A stretch of DNA of 63,572 nucleotides from an uncultured Desulfohalobiaceae bacterium. GTDB lineage: Bacteria; Desulfobacterota; Desulfovibrionia; Desulfovibrionales; CAZUBS01. The position numbers and the translations under genes are program-made. Under the pieces are notes generated by a model. The model searched no databases, had not been told where the DNA came from, and saw only the letters and a list, made by a program, of their open reading frames with translations. Location of the stretch: assembly GCA_964594925.1 (NCBI GenBank), contig CAZQOG010000003.1, positions 1-63,572 of the forward strand. Reading direction: 5' to 3'. Below are positions 31,909-39,648 of this stretch, piece after piece. The stretch's first letter is position 1, and each line of letters opens with the position of its first letter.

Positions 31909-31992
31909 GGTCATTCCCGCGCAGGCGGGAATCCAGTGCCTTTGGTCGAGAGGGGCGTAAGATTCCTGGATTCCCGCCTGCGCGGGAATGAC
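31909..31992. repeat. Pair of inverted REP-like palindromes GTCATTCCCGCGCAGGCGGGAATCCAG (ATTCCC-N8-GGGAAT type)
   Basis: 31909-31936 and its reverse complement at 31966-31992. Each copy is itself a hairpin. Both are embedded in an AT-rich 350-nt non-coding patch. Confidence 0.85.
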
Positions 31993-32106
31993 TTATAAGT
32001 AAGCATGGTCATGGGGATTAAATAACGAAAAGCCTCTACACGAATCTTTAGAAATCCACATAAAACGTCGAAGAACCAATCCTTCCTGTTTCCTACAACG
32101 TTGAAC

Positions 32107-33060
32107 TCATTTGCCTCGCAGCAGTCTCTCCACCAGGGTGATGGCCGGGTCGCGGTTGCGTTCGTCCAGGCGGGTGATGCCTTCCTCCCGGGCCATGGTG
32201 AGGGCTTCCTGATACTCGGCCCGGGTAATGGGCCGGTTGATGGCCGGGTGCTGATCTGCCTCGCCGCAGGGCCGGTACTGGTCCATGATGTTCACGTAGG
32301 TGTCGGGGGAGATCTCCCGGGCCAGAAAACGCATCCACTCCCTGGTCCCGGCCAGGTTCCCCGGCATGACCAGATGCCTGACCAGCAGACCGCTCACGGC
32401 GATCCCTCGGTCATCGGTCTTCAGGTCCCCCACCTGCCTGTGCATTTCCCTGACGGCCTCCCGGGCGCGTTCGGGGTAGTCTTCGGCCAGGGCGTAAGTC
32501 TTGGCGGCCTCCGTGCTGGAGAACTTCAGGTCGGGCATGTAGATGTCCACGATCCCGTCCAGGAGCTTCAGCGTTTCCAGGGCGTCGTAGCCCCCGGAGT
32601 TGTAGACCAGGGGCAGGGTCAGGCCGTGCTCCACGGCAAGGGGCAGGGCCTCCAGGATCTGGGGAACCACATGGGAAGGAGTCACGAAGTTGATGTTGTG
32701 CGCCCCTTGCTGCTGCAGTGTGAGCATGGTCCCGGCCAGCTGCTCGGGGTCGGCTTTGTGGAAACCGTGCTCCTCATGACTGATGTCCCAGTTCTGGCAG
32801 AACAGGCATCCCAGGTTGCAGTGGGCGAAAAAGATGGTGCCCGAACCCCCGGAACCAACCAGGAATCGCTCCTCGCCGAAGTGCAGGTTGTAGCTGGCCA
32901 CTTGGGCCAGCCGGCCGGTCCTGCACCAGCCGAGCTCACCTTCCTGCCGGTTCACCCGGCAGCTGCGTGGACAGACGCGGCACTCCCGAAGCCGGCCCAG
33001 AGCCGTGTCGGAACGCTTATGCAGCTCGGCTGCGGGCAGTGAGAGGTAGCGGGCGGGCAC
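32107..33060 (-). CDS. Radical SAM protein (PflX-like putative activating enzyme)
   Basis: CxxxCxxC cluster motif in FFAHCNLGCLFCQNW. Start placed at GTG 33058-33060, which has AAGGAG 7 nt upstream; the track ORF extends to 33117. Confidence 0.75.
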   Translation of the reverse strand: MPARYLSLPAAELHKRSDTALGRLRECRVCPRSCRVNRQEGELGWCRTGRLAQVASYNLHFGEERFLVGSGGSGTIFFAHCNLGCLFCQNWDISHEEHGFHKADPEQLAGTMLTLQQQGAHNINFVTPSHVVPQILEALPLAVEHGLTLPLVYNSGGYDALETLKLLDGIVDIYMPDLKFSSTEAAKTYALAEDYPERAREAVREMHRQVGDLKTDDRGIAVSGLLVRHLVMPGNLAGTREWMRFLAREISPDTYVNIMDQYRPCGEADQHPAINRPITRAEYQEALTMAREEGITRLDERNRDPAITLVERLLRGK

Positions 33061-33133
33061 GGATGGACTCCTTGTCACCGGGCTGTGCAAAAGGGAGCGC
33101 CGAAAAGGTGCCGGCACTCTCTGTTTTCAAGAG

Positions 33134-33649
33134 CTACTTTCCAATGCGCCCGGTGAACAGCCAGTCATTGCCCTTGGCCTTGGCGTGGCATTCCATGCAG
33201 GACTGCACCCCCCCCTGAGCCTCGATGGTGCAGTCGGGTGCGTACTTGAGGTAATACCAGTCATTGTGGTTCGGGTCGAAGCCCTTTTCCTTGTACATGA
33301 CCGTAACCGCGGCCAGCTTCTCGTCCGGTGTGTAGTTCTCCTTGACGATGATCCCACCGTCGGGCATCTCCCCCGGCCGCTCCATCAGCGCCTTGTAGGC
33401 GATGTCGTTGACGTAGGTGGTCAGAAGGACGCCGTGGGGCTTCTGCCCCTCGTACAGGGCGTCTTTGCCGGGCCACATCTTCCAGTCCGTGTAGGGTCCT
33501 TCCATGGTGATGAACTTGAGCAGCAGGTTGTTTTTGCTCAGGGTCAAATCTTTGCTGAGACCATCCGATGTCGAGTCTCCTCCCAGTGCGGGAAGAGAGA
33601 AGAGAAAGGCGGCCATCAGCGTCAGAAAAAGAATCCAGCTCCTGTTCAT
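33134..33649 (-). CDS. Cytochrome P460 / c'-beta family-like periplasmic monoheme protein
   Basis: GGAGGA RBS, a signal peptide, and a single CxxCH (CMECH) near the C-terminus. The family resemblance is judged by eye. Confidence 0.5.
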   Translation of the reverse strand: MNRSWILFLTLMAAFLFSLPALGGDSTSDGLSKDLTLSKNNLLLKFITMEGPYTDWKMWPGKDALYEGQKPHGVLLTTYVNDIAYKALMERPGEMPDGGIIVKENYTPDEKLAAVTVMYKEKGFDPNHNDWYYLKYAPDCTIEAQGGVQSCMECHAKAKGNDWLFTGRIGK

Positions 33650-33910
33650 TGTTCCTCCGTGGTGGGTTTGAAGTGGTTGCAACGAAGTGCTTCACGTTCC
33701 TATCAGGGGGTCATTCGTCCAAGTATACAGGGCCGGGGGGACTGTGCTCGGGGATGAAAAGGTGAATTTTCAGGTATCCCGGGATACCTGAGCGGGGAGG
33801 GACTTCCAGGTTGCGGCAATCCAGGACATTTGCCCGGGAGAAGCAAATATTCTATATCCTCGCAGCAACAGTCTCCCGGTGAAAATGGCCCTCAGCTTCA
33901 GGAGTGTCCC

Positions 33911-34903
33911 ATGACCAGCCCGCAGGCATTGTCCGTTGTCGTCCCCTGTTACAACGAAGAGGGGAACCTGGAAGAGCTGTACCACAGGATCTCGGCGGTG
34001 TGCCGAGAAATGTGCGGTGATGACTGGGAGCTGATCCTCGTGGATGACGGTTCCAGGGATGACACTTGGAAAGGCATCAAGGCGCTTTCCTCCGGTGACT
34101 TCCGGGTCGTCGGTGTGAAGCTGTCCCGAAACTTCGGGCATCAGACGGCTTTGTCCGCGGGTTTGGAGCTGGCCCGCGGGGCGCGTATTCTCGTTCTTGA
34201 CGCAGACTTGCAGGATCCTCCGGAGCTTCTGCCTGAGATGATGCGTCTCATGGATCAAGGTGCTGATGTGGTCTACGGACGACGCCGGGCTCGATATGGA
34301 GAAGGTCCGTTCAAGAAGACAACCGCAGGGCTTTTCTACCGTCTTTTCAACAGGCTCTCCGATGTTCCCATTCCCGCCAATGTAGGTGATTTTCGTCTTA
34401 TGAACCGCACTGTGGCAAACCATCTGGTGGCCATGCCCGAGCGCCATCGTTTTCTGAGAGGAATGACCAGTTGGGTGGGCTTCAACCAAGCCTCCCTTGG
34501 TTACGAGCGGCAGGGACGAAAAACCGGCACTTCAAAATACCCTCTGAGAAGCATGGTCAGCCTGGCCATTGACGCCCTGACCAGCTTTTCGATCCGTCCA
34601 CTGCGCATGGCCTCGCTGCTGGGCATGTCCTTTGGCGCGCTGGCCGTGCTTGGGATCCTCTATGCCATGGTCAGCTGGATCACGGGGAACGTGGTCCAGG
34701 GATGGACCAGCGTGATCATCGTGGTCTTGATTCTTGGCAGCGTGCAGCTGTTCGTCCTGGGCATCATGGGGGAGTACCTGGGACGGCTGTACATCGAGTC
34801 CAAGCAGCGCCCCCTGTACCTTGTGCAGGAGGTCGTCGGCAGGGAAGAGTCACGGCCCGCGACAGCGGTGAAAAGGCGGCCAGCTGAAAATGATGCTGGC
34901 TGA
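33911..34903 (+). CDS. Family 2 glycosyltransferase (GtrB/ArnC-like polyprenyl-phosphate glycosyltransferase)
   Basis: VVVPCYNEE, VDDGSRD and DADLQDPPE motifs; two C-terminal TM helices. Confidence 0.85.
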   Translation: MTSPQALSVVVPCYNEEGNLEELYHRISAVCREMCGDDWELILVDDGSRDDTWKGIKALSSGDFRVVGVKLSRNFGHQTALSAGLELARGARILVLDADLQDPPELLPEMMRLMDQGADVVYGRRRARYGEGPFKKTTAGLFYRLFNRLSDVPIPANVGDFRLMNRTVANHLVAMPERHRFLRGMTSWVGFNQASLGYERQGRKTGTSKYPLRSMVSLAIDALTSFSIRPLRMASLLGMSFGALAVLGILYAMVSWITGNVVQGWTSVIIVVLILGSVQLFVLGIMGEYLGRLYIESKQRPLYLVQEVVGREESRPATAVKRRPAENDAG

Positions 34904-34931
34904 GAAAGGGTCAATTTGAAGCTTGTTCCCA

Positions 34932-36815
34932 TCAATCCGACTCAGGTGAAGTTTTCCCGGCGTCCTGTCCTTTGCCTCTGTCTGCAAAACCGCCCCGCTT
35001 CCAGGCCGTGGTGTCCACGATGACGTTTCCGTCCAGGGCCTCGTTCAGGGCGTAGGCAGCGCTGATCAGGGCCAGGTGGGTCAGGGCCTGGGGGAAGTTG
35101 CCCAGGTGCTCGCCCGAAGGGGCCAGCTCCTCGGCGTAGAGCCCCAGGTGGTTGGAGTAGGAGAGCATCTTTTCGAAGAGCAGCCGGGCCTGCTTCACGT
35201 CCCCTGAGCGCGCCAGGCACTCCACATACCAGAAGGAGCAGGTGGTGAAGGCCCCTTCGAGCCCGGTCAGCCCGTCGATGGGGCTGTCCTGGTTGTCATA
35301 GCGGAAGACCAGGCAGTCCTGCAGCAGCCGCTCCCTGATCCGTCCCATTGTGGACAGCCAGTAGGGGTCGGTGGGGGCGATGAACTTGACCAGGGGCATG
35401 AGCAGCGAGGCAGCGTCCACGGCCGTGGAGCCCTTGTGCTGGACAAAGGCCCCGATGTCGGCATTCCAGAAGTCCTCATAGAGGGACCGGTTGATCCTGT
35501 CGCGCACCTCGATCCAGCGGGGCAGGGGGGCTGGCAGGGACAGCTTCCGGGCCATGCGCACGGCCCGGTCCAGGGCCACCCAGCACATCAGGCGGGAGGA
35601 CAGGAAGTGCCGCCGCCCGCCGCGCACCTCCCAGATGCCCTCGTCGGGCTCCTGCCAGTGGGTGCACACGTACTCCACCGTGTCGGTGAGGCGATCCCAG
35701 AACTCGCGATAGAGCTGCCCGGTGCGCCTGGTCACCAGGTAGACCGCGTCCATGAGGTCGCCGTAGATGTCCAGCTGGAGCTGGTCAAAAGCCCCGTTGC
35801 CGATGCGCACCGGGCGCGAGCCCTTGTAACCGGACAGGTGCTCCAGGACCTCCTCGGTGAGCTCCTTGCGGCCGTCGATGCCGTACATGACCTGCATGGC
35901 CCCGTCACTGGTGCAGGTTTCCGTGCGGCGGTGCAGCCAGTGGAAGAACTCCAGGGCCTCCTGGTGGAAGCCGAGCCTGAGGAGCCCATAGAGGGTAAAG
36001 GCGGCGTCGCGGATCCAGGTGTAGCGGTAGTCCCAGTTGCGCTCGCCACCGAGCTCCTCGGGCAGGCCGAAGGTGGCCGCGGCCACAATGGAGCCGTTCT
36101 CCTGCGAGGTGAGCAGCTTCAGGGCCAGGGCCGAGCGGTGGACCATCTCGCGCCACCGGCCCGTGTAGGTGGATGTGCCGACCCAGCCCCGCCAGTAGTT
36201 GGAGGTGTCCTTGAAGGCCTGGGCCACGTACCGCTCGTCATACTCCGGGCCGTGGCCGCTCTCCTCGACCTGCTCGAAGATGAAGAAGGCTTTCTTCCCG
36301 GCCTTGAGGGTGAACTCGGCGCTCACCCCCCTGTTGTCACTTGTCAGGGAAACAGGGGTGCGCACCCGAAAAACCACGTCCCCTGCGTCGAAGTAAGCGC
36401 AGTCGTGGTAGACGGCCACCTGCGGGGAGGTCTTTCCGTAGTGGGGCCTGGGGCGGCACTCCAGGCGCATGCGGATGTCCCCCTGCACTGCCTTGGCCCT
36501 GCGGATGATGCGCCCGGAACGGTCCACCGGCATGAAGTCCGACAGCTCGGCCACGCCTTCCTGGGACAGGAAACGGGTGATGAGGATGTTCGTGTCCGGC
36601 AGATAGATCTGGCGGTGGCGAACCTGGTTCATGATCGGGCGGATGGAGAAGAACCCTCCTTTGTCCAGGTCGAGCAGCGAGGCAAAGACCGTGGGGGAGT
36701 CGAAGTCGGGGTGGCACATGTAGTCGATGGTGCCGTCCAGGCAGACCAGGGCCACGGTCTTGAGGTCGCCGATGACCCCGTGGTCCTGGATGGGGGGGAA
36801 GTCGGGTGCGGGCAT
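34932..36815 (-). CDS. Glycoside hydrolase family 15 (glucoamylase/trehalase-like)
   Basis: GH15 motifs RNWDYRYTWIRDAAF and WQEPDEGIWEVRG. Start at MPAPDFPPIQDHGVIGD (ATG 36813-36815); the upstream track extension is heptamer-repeat translation. Confidence 0.85.
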   Translation of the reverse strand: MPAPDFPPIQDHGVIGDLKTVALVCLDGTIDYMCHPDFDSPTVFASLLDLDKGGFFSIRPIMNQVRHRQIYLPDTNILITRFLSQEGVAELSDFMPVDRSGRIIRRAKAVQGDIRMRLECRPRPHYGKTSPQVAVYHDCAYFDAGDVVFRVRTPVSLTSDNRGVSAEFTLKAGKKAFFIFEQVEESGHGPEYDERYVAQAFKDTSNYWRGWVGTSTYTGRWREMVHRSALALKLLTSQENGSIVAAATFGLPEELGGERNWDYRYTWIRDAAFTLYGLLRLGFHQEALEFFHWLHRRTETCTSDGAMQVMYGIDGRKELTEEVLEHLSGYKGSRPVRIGNGAFDQLQLDIYGDLMDAVYLVTRRTGQLYREFWDRLTDTVEYVCTHWQEPDEGIWEVRGGRRHFLSSRLMCWVALDRAVRMARKLSLPAPLPRWIEVRDRINRSLYEDFWNADIGAFVQHKGSTAVDAASLLMPLVKFIAPTDPYWLSTMGRIRERLLQDCLVFRYDNQDSPIDGLTGLEGAFTTCSFWYVECLARSGDVKQARLLFEKMLSYSNHLGLYAEELAPSGEHLGNFPQALTHLALISAAYALNEALDGNVIVDTTAWKRGGFADRGKGQDAGKTSPESD

Positions 36816-36902
36816 GGGGGTCGCCTTGGGTCGTGGGTGACGGACAAGGGAAGTGATAGTGGAATGGTGGCGCAAATGGGAAAGGGGGTCAAGGAAGGGA
36901 AA

Positions 36903-36972
36903 GGATGAAGGCTGAAGGCTGAAGGATGAAGGATGAAGGCTGAAGGATGAAGGCTGAAGGATGAAGGATGAA
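36903..36972. repeat. Ten perfect-period heptamers GGATGAA/GGCTGAA
   Basis: ggatgaaggctgaaggctgaaggatgaaggatgaaggctgaaggatgaaggctgaaggatgaaggatgaa, 88-157 nt upstream of the GH15 start. Confidence 0.95.
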
Positions 36973-37003
36973 TAAATGGCAGAAAAAGGAATCAAGAGGG
37001 CAG

Positions 37004-37038
37004 GGCATCGGACCGATCCGGCGGATCGGTCCGGTGCC
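37004..37038 (-). terminator. 17-bp hairpin GGCATCGGACCGATCCG / CGGATCGGTCCGGTGCC just after the TonB-receptor stop (possible terminator)
   Basis: One mismatch in 17 bp. On the minus strand a T-rich stretch (CTTGATTCCTTTTTCTG) follows after a short gap. The sequence resembles the units at 12031-12045. Confidence 0.4.
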
Positions 37039-37043
37039 GTTAT

Positions 37044-39035
37044 TCAGTACAGCTCCCCCCGCAGGCCCAGAAAGAAGCTTCTCCCCGGCATGGGGTAGCC
37101 CTTGACGTAGGAGAAGTCCCTGTCGAAGAGGTTTTCGACCTCCCCCCGCAGGGACAGGGTTCCCCAATCCGGGTCCTGGAAGAGCTGTTTGGACAGGGTC
37201 AGCCCGGCCACGGCAAAGCCGCCCTTGCGCACAATCGGGGCCGGGAACACTCCCGATTCGAAGTCCTCCACGTCCTGGCGGCCGGTGTAGGCCAGGTTGA
37301 ATGACAGGAAGTCGGGCCCCCGGGCCAGGGTCAGTCCGGTGCTCAGCTGCAGCCTGGAGGTGAACGGGAGGTCCTCCCCCGTCTCCTGGTCCTCGAGCCG
37401 GGTCAGGTAGACCCCGGTCAGATGGGGGCGCAGCGTCATGTCCAGGGGCAGCATCCCATCCAGCTCGCAGGAGAGGGAACCTTCCAGCCCCTGGAGCACC
37501 GCTCCGCCAAGGTTTTCCCAGGTGGTGACCGATCCGGGTCCGGTGGTGCGCACGATCTTGTCCTTGAAGTCGGTGTGGAAGAAGGTCAGGGAGGCGAGCA
37601 GGGACCCCCGGGCCACGTCGACCCCGCCCTCGTATGTGGCGCTGGTCTCGGGCTCCAGGTCGGGGTTGCCCAGGTTCCGGGTGCCGATGAGCATGTAGTC
37701 GGCGGCCAGCTGGTCCGGAGCGGGCATGACAAAGGCCTGGCCGTAGGCCGCCCTGAGCTTGACCGTGTCGGCGATCAGGTAGGAAAGGCCGATGCGGGGG
37801 GTCAGGTGGCGGTCACGTTCGCTGCGCCCTGAAGGCTCCTTCACCTCCACTTCGTAGAGGTCGTAGCGCAGCCCGCCGGAGACCACCAGCCGGTCCTCCA
37901 GAAACCTGAGCTTGGCCAGGGCGAACACGGCGGGGTTGTCGTGGGTGGTTTCCCTGGGGTCGAAGGTGGACTCCTGCTCGAAACGAACCCAGTCCAGGCC
38001 CGAAAGGAGGGAGAAAAAACCCAGGTCAGCACCCGCCTGGACCTGGGCCCCCTGGAAATCGTTCGTAAGGCGGAAGGGGGAGGAAAAAAGATCAAAGCCG
38101 TCGGGGTCGCTGTTGGCGGGGAACTCGAAGTCGTCACGGTCACGGCCCTGAAAGTAGTGTGCGGACCAGGTCCAGCGGTCGTCTTTGCTCGACCCTCCAT
38201 AGGCCAGGTCCAGGGAGCGGTTCAAGGAGTCTTTGTGGTCGTCGAAGTCATTGCGCACCAGCACGTCGGGAGTTCCTACGCCGTCGGCCTTGAAGCGGGT
38301 GAAGACGGCGCTGAGGCGGTGGCCGTCCCAGGGGGTCAGCCCCAGGTGCAGGCTCTGCCACTGCTTCTGGTCATACCCGGTGTTGCGGTAGGTACGGCCG
38401 CCTGCCGTGGTGTAGTCGTCCCGGGAGGAGAAGGTTGCGGCGGCGGAGAAATCAAGGGGGCCGGCCTCACCCTCAGCACCCGCCGTGGCCCGCATGAAAT
38501 CGTGGCTGCCCAGCTTCCCCTGGGCATGGAGACGCGGCCCGCCCCTTCCCCGGCGGGTGATGATGTTGATGACCCCGCCCACTGCAGCGGAGCCGTACTG
38601 GACCGACCCGGGGCCGCGGACGATCTCGATGCGCTCCACATTGGCGGTCAGGATCTTGGCCAGGTTGCCGGTTCCGGCGCGGCGTCCGTTCAGGAGCACC
38701 AGCACGTGGGCCTTGAGGTCGTTGCCCAGGGCCTCGGTGCGGAAGCCGCGGATGCCCACCGAGGTCAGGGTGCCGGGGGTCTTCTGGATGTGGCCAAGGG
38801 AGCGTTCGGCCAACAGGTCGCCCACGTTCTCGGCCGGGGAGCGGCGGATCTCCTCGGCGGTGATGACCTCCACGTGGGAAGAGACCTCGCCCAGCCGCTC
38901 GGGGAGTCGTCCGGCGGTCACCACCAGGGTGTCCAGGGAGTGGGGGTCTTCAGCCGAAGGGGTGGCGTTGTCCGCCGGGCAGGGAAGGGGGAAAAGGAAA
39001 AGCAACAGAAACAGGGCGCCAAGGGTCCGGTACAT
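37044..39035 (-). CDS. TonB-dependent outer-membrane receptor (corrinoid uptake inferred from the upstream riboswitch)
   Basis: Signal peptide, TonB box DTLVVTA, plug domain and a 22-strand-type barrel ending in an aromatic residue. Confidence 0.85.
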   Translation of the reverse strand: MYRTLGALFLLLFLFPLPCPADNATPSAEDPHSLDTLVVTAGRLPERLGEVSSHVEVITAEEIRRSPAENVGDLLAERSLGHIQKTPGTLTSVGIRGFRTEALGNDLKAHVLVLLNGRRAGTGNLAKILTANVERIEIVRGPGSVQYGSAAVGGVINIITRRGRGGPRLHAQGKLGSHDFMRATAGAEGEAGPLDFSAAATFSSRDDYTTAGGRTYRNTGYDQKQWQSLHLGLTPWDGHRLSAVFTRFKADGVGTPDVLVRNDFDDHKDSLNRSLDLAYGGSSKDDRWTWSAHYFQGRDRDDFEFPANSDPDGFDLFSSPFRLTNDFQGAQVQAGADLGFFSLLSGLDWVRFEQESTFDPRETTHDNPAVFALAKLRFLEDRLVVSGGLRYDLYEVEVKEPSGRSERDRHLTPRIGLSYLIADTVKLRAAYGQAFVMPAPDQLAADYMLIGTRNLGNPDLEPETSATYEGGVDVARGSLLASLTFFHTDFKDKIVRTTGPGSVTTWENLGGAVLQGLEGSLSCELDGMLPLDMTLRPHLTGVYLTRLEDQETGEDLPFTSRLQLSTGLTLARGPDFLSFNLAYTGRQDVEDFESGVFPAPIVRKGGFAVAGLTLSKQLFQDPDWGTLSLRGEVENLFDRDFSYVKGYPMPGRSFFLGLRGELY

Positions 39036-39079
39036 GATCGTCCTCCGTTCCGCGGGAGAGATGCACGAATGGGAAGAAA

Positions 39080-39173
39080 GAGTTCGAAGTTCGAAGTCGG
39101 AAGCTGAAAGGAAGAAAAAATCGAGCTTCCAGCTTCAATTAACCCTTCGAACTTCCGACTTCGAACTTCGAGC
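39080..39173. repeat. Heptamer-array hairpin between riboswitch and start codon (arms 39082-39103 / 39152-39173, 20/22 complementary)
   Basis: GTTCGAAGTTCGAAGTCGGAAG versus reverse complement GCTCGAAGTTCGAAGTCGGAAG. Confidence 0.85.
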
Positions 39174-39184
39174 TGCCAACCGGC

Positions 39185-39380
39185 TGTGCCGGTTGCTTCC
39201 CTCCCCCGGGCTGGTCTCCCGGCTTGGAGATCGATCTACTCGCCGCGCCTTCCCGGGGTGTCCTGCGGACGGCCCCAGTGGCCTGATGCGGTTTTCGTCC
39301 CTCTTCACGGTTGCGGGCCAGCGCCGGATTTTCACCGGACTTCCCATGGCCCGGGGGGAGCCAAAGAACAGTGTGAACCG
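39185..39380 (-). promoter_or_regulatory. Cobalamin (B12) riboswitch
   Basis: The minus strand reads ...GGGAAGTCCGGTGAAAATCCGGCGCTGGCCCGCAACCGTGAAG...GCCACTGGGG...GGGAAGGCG...AGCCGGGAGACCAGCCCGG (B12 box). It lies upstream of the TonB-dependent receptor. Confidence 0.8.
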
Positions 39381-39648
39381 GGGTGTAGCCCAAACAGGTC
39401 AACAGGACAAGCCGGGGCAGAGGGGAGCCTTCATAATCCGTGACCAGAGAGAAAATCCCCTCTCTCCAGACACCGGGCTGTCACAAGTCCGCACTTGACT
39501 CTTTTGCGGGGGTTGCAATATGAAAGGGATAGTATTTTTTTTGCACAAACTGTTGTGCGACTGATGGTTTTTATATTTTTGTTGTGATTTTATTTGTTGT
39601 GTTTTCTGTTTTGTATTAATGAAAAAGTGCTTGTTTGGGGGAGATTGC

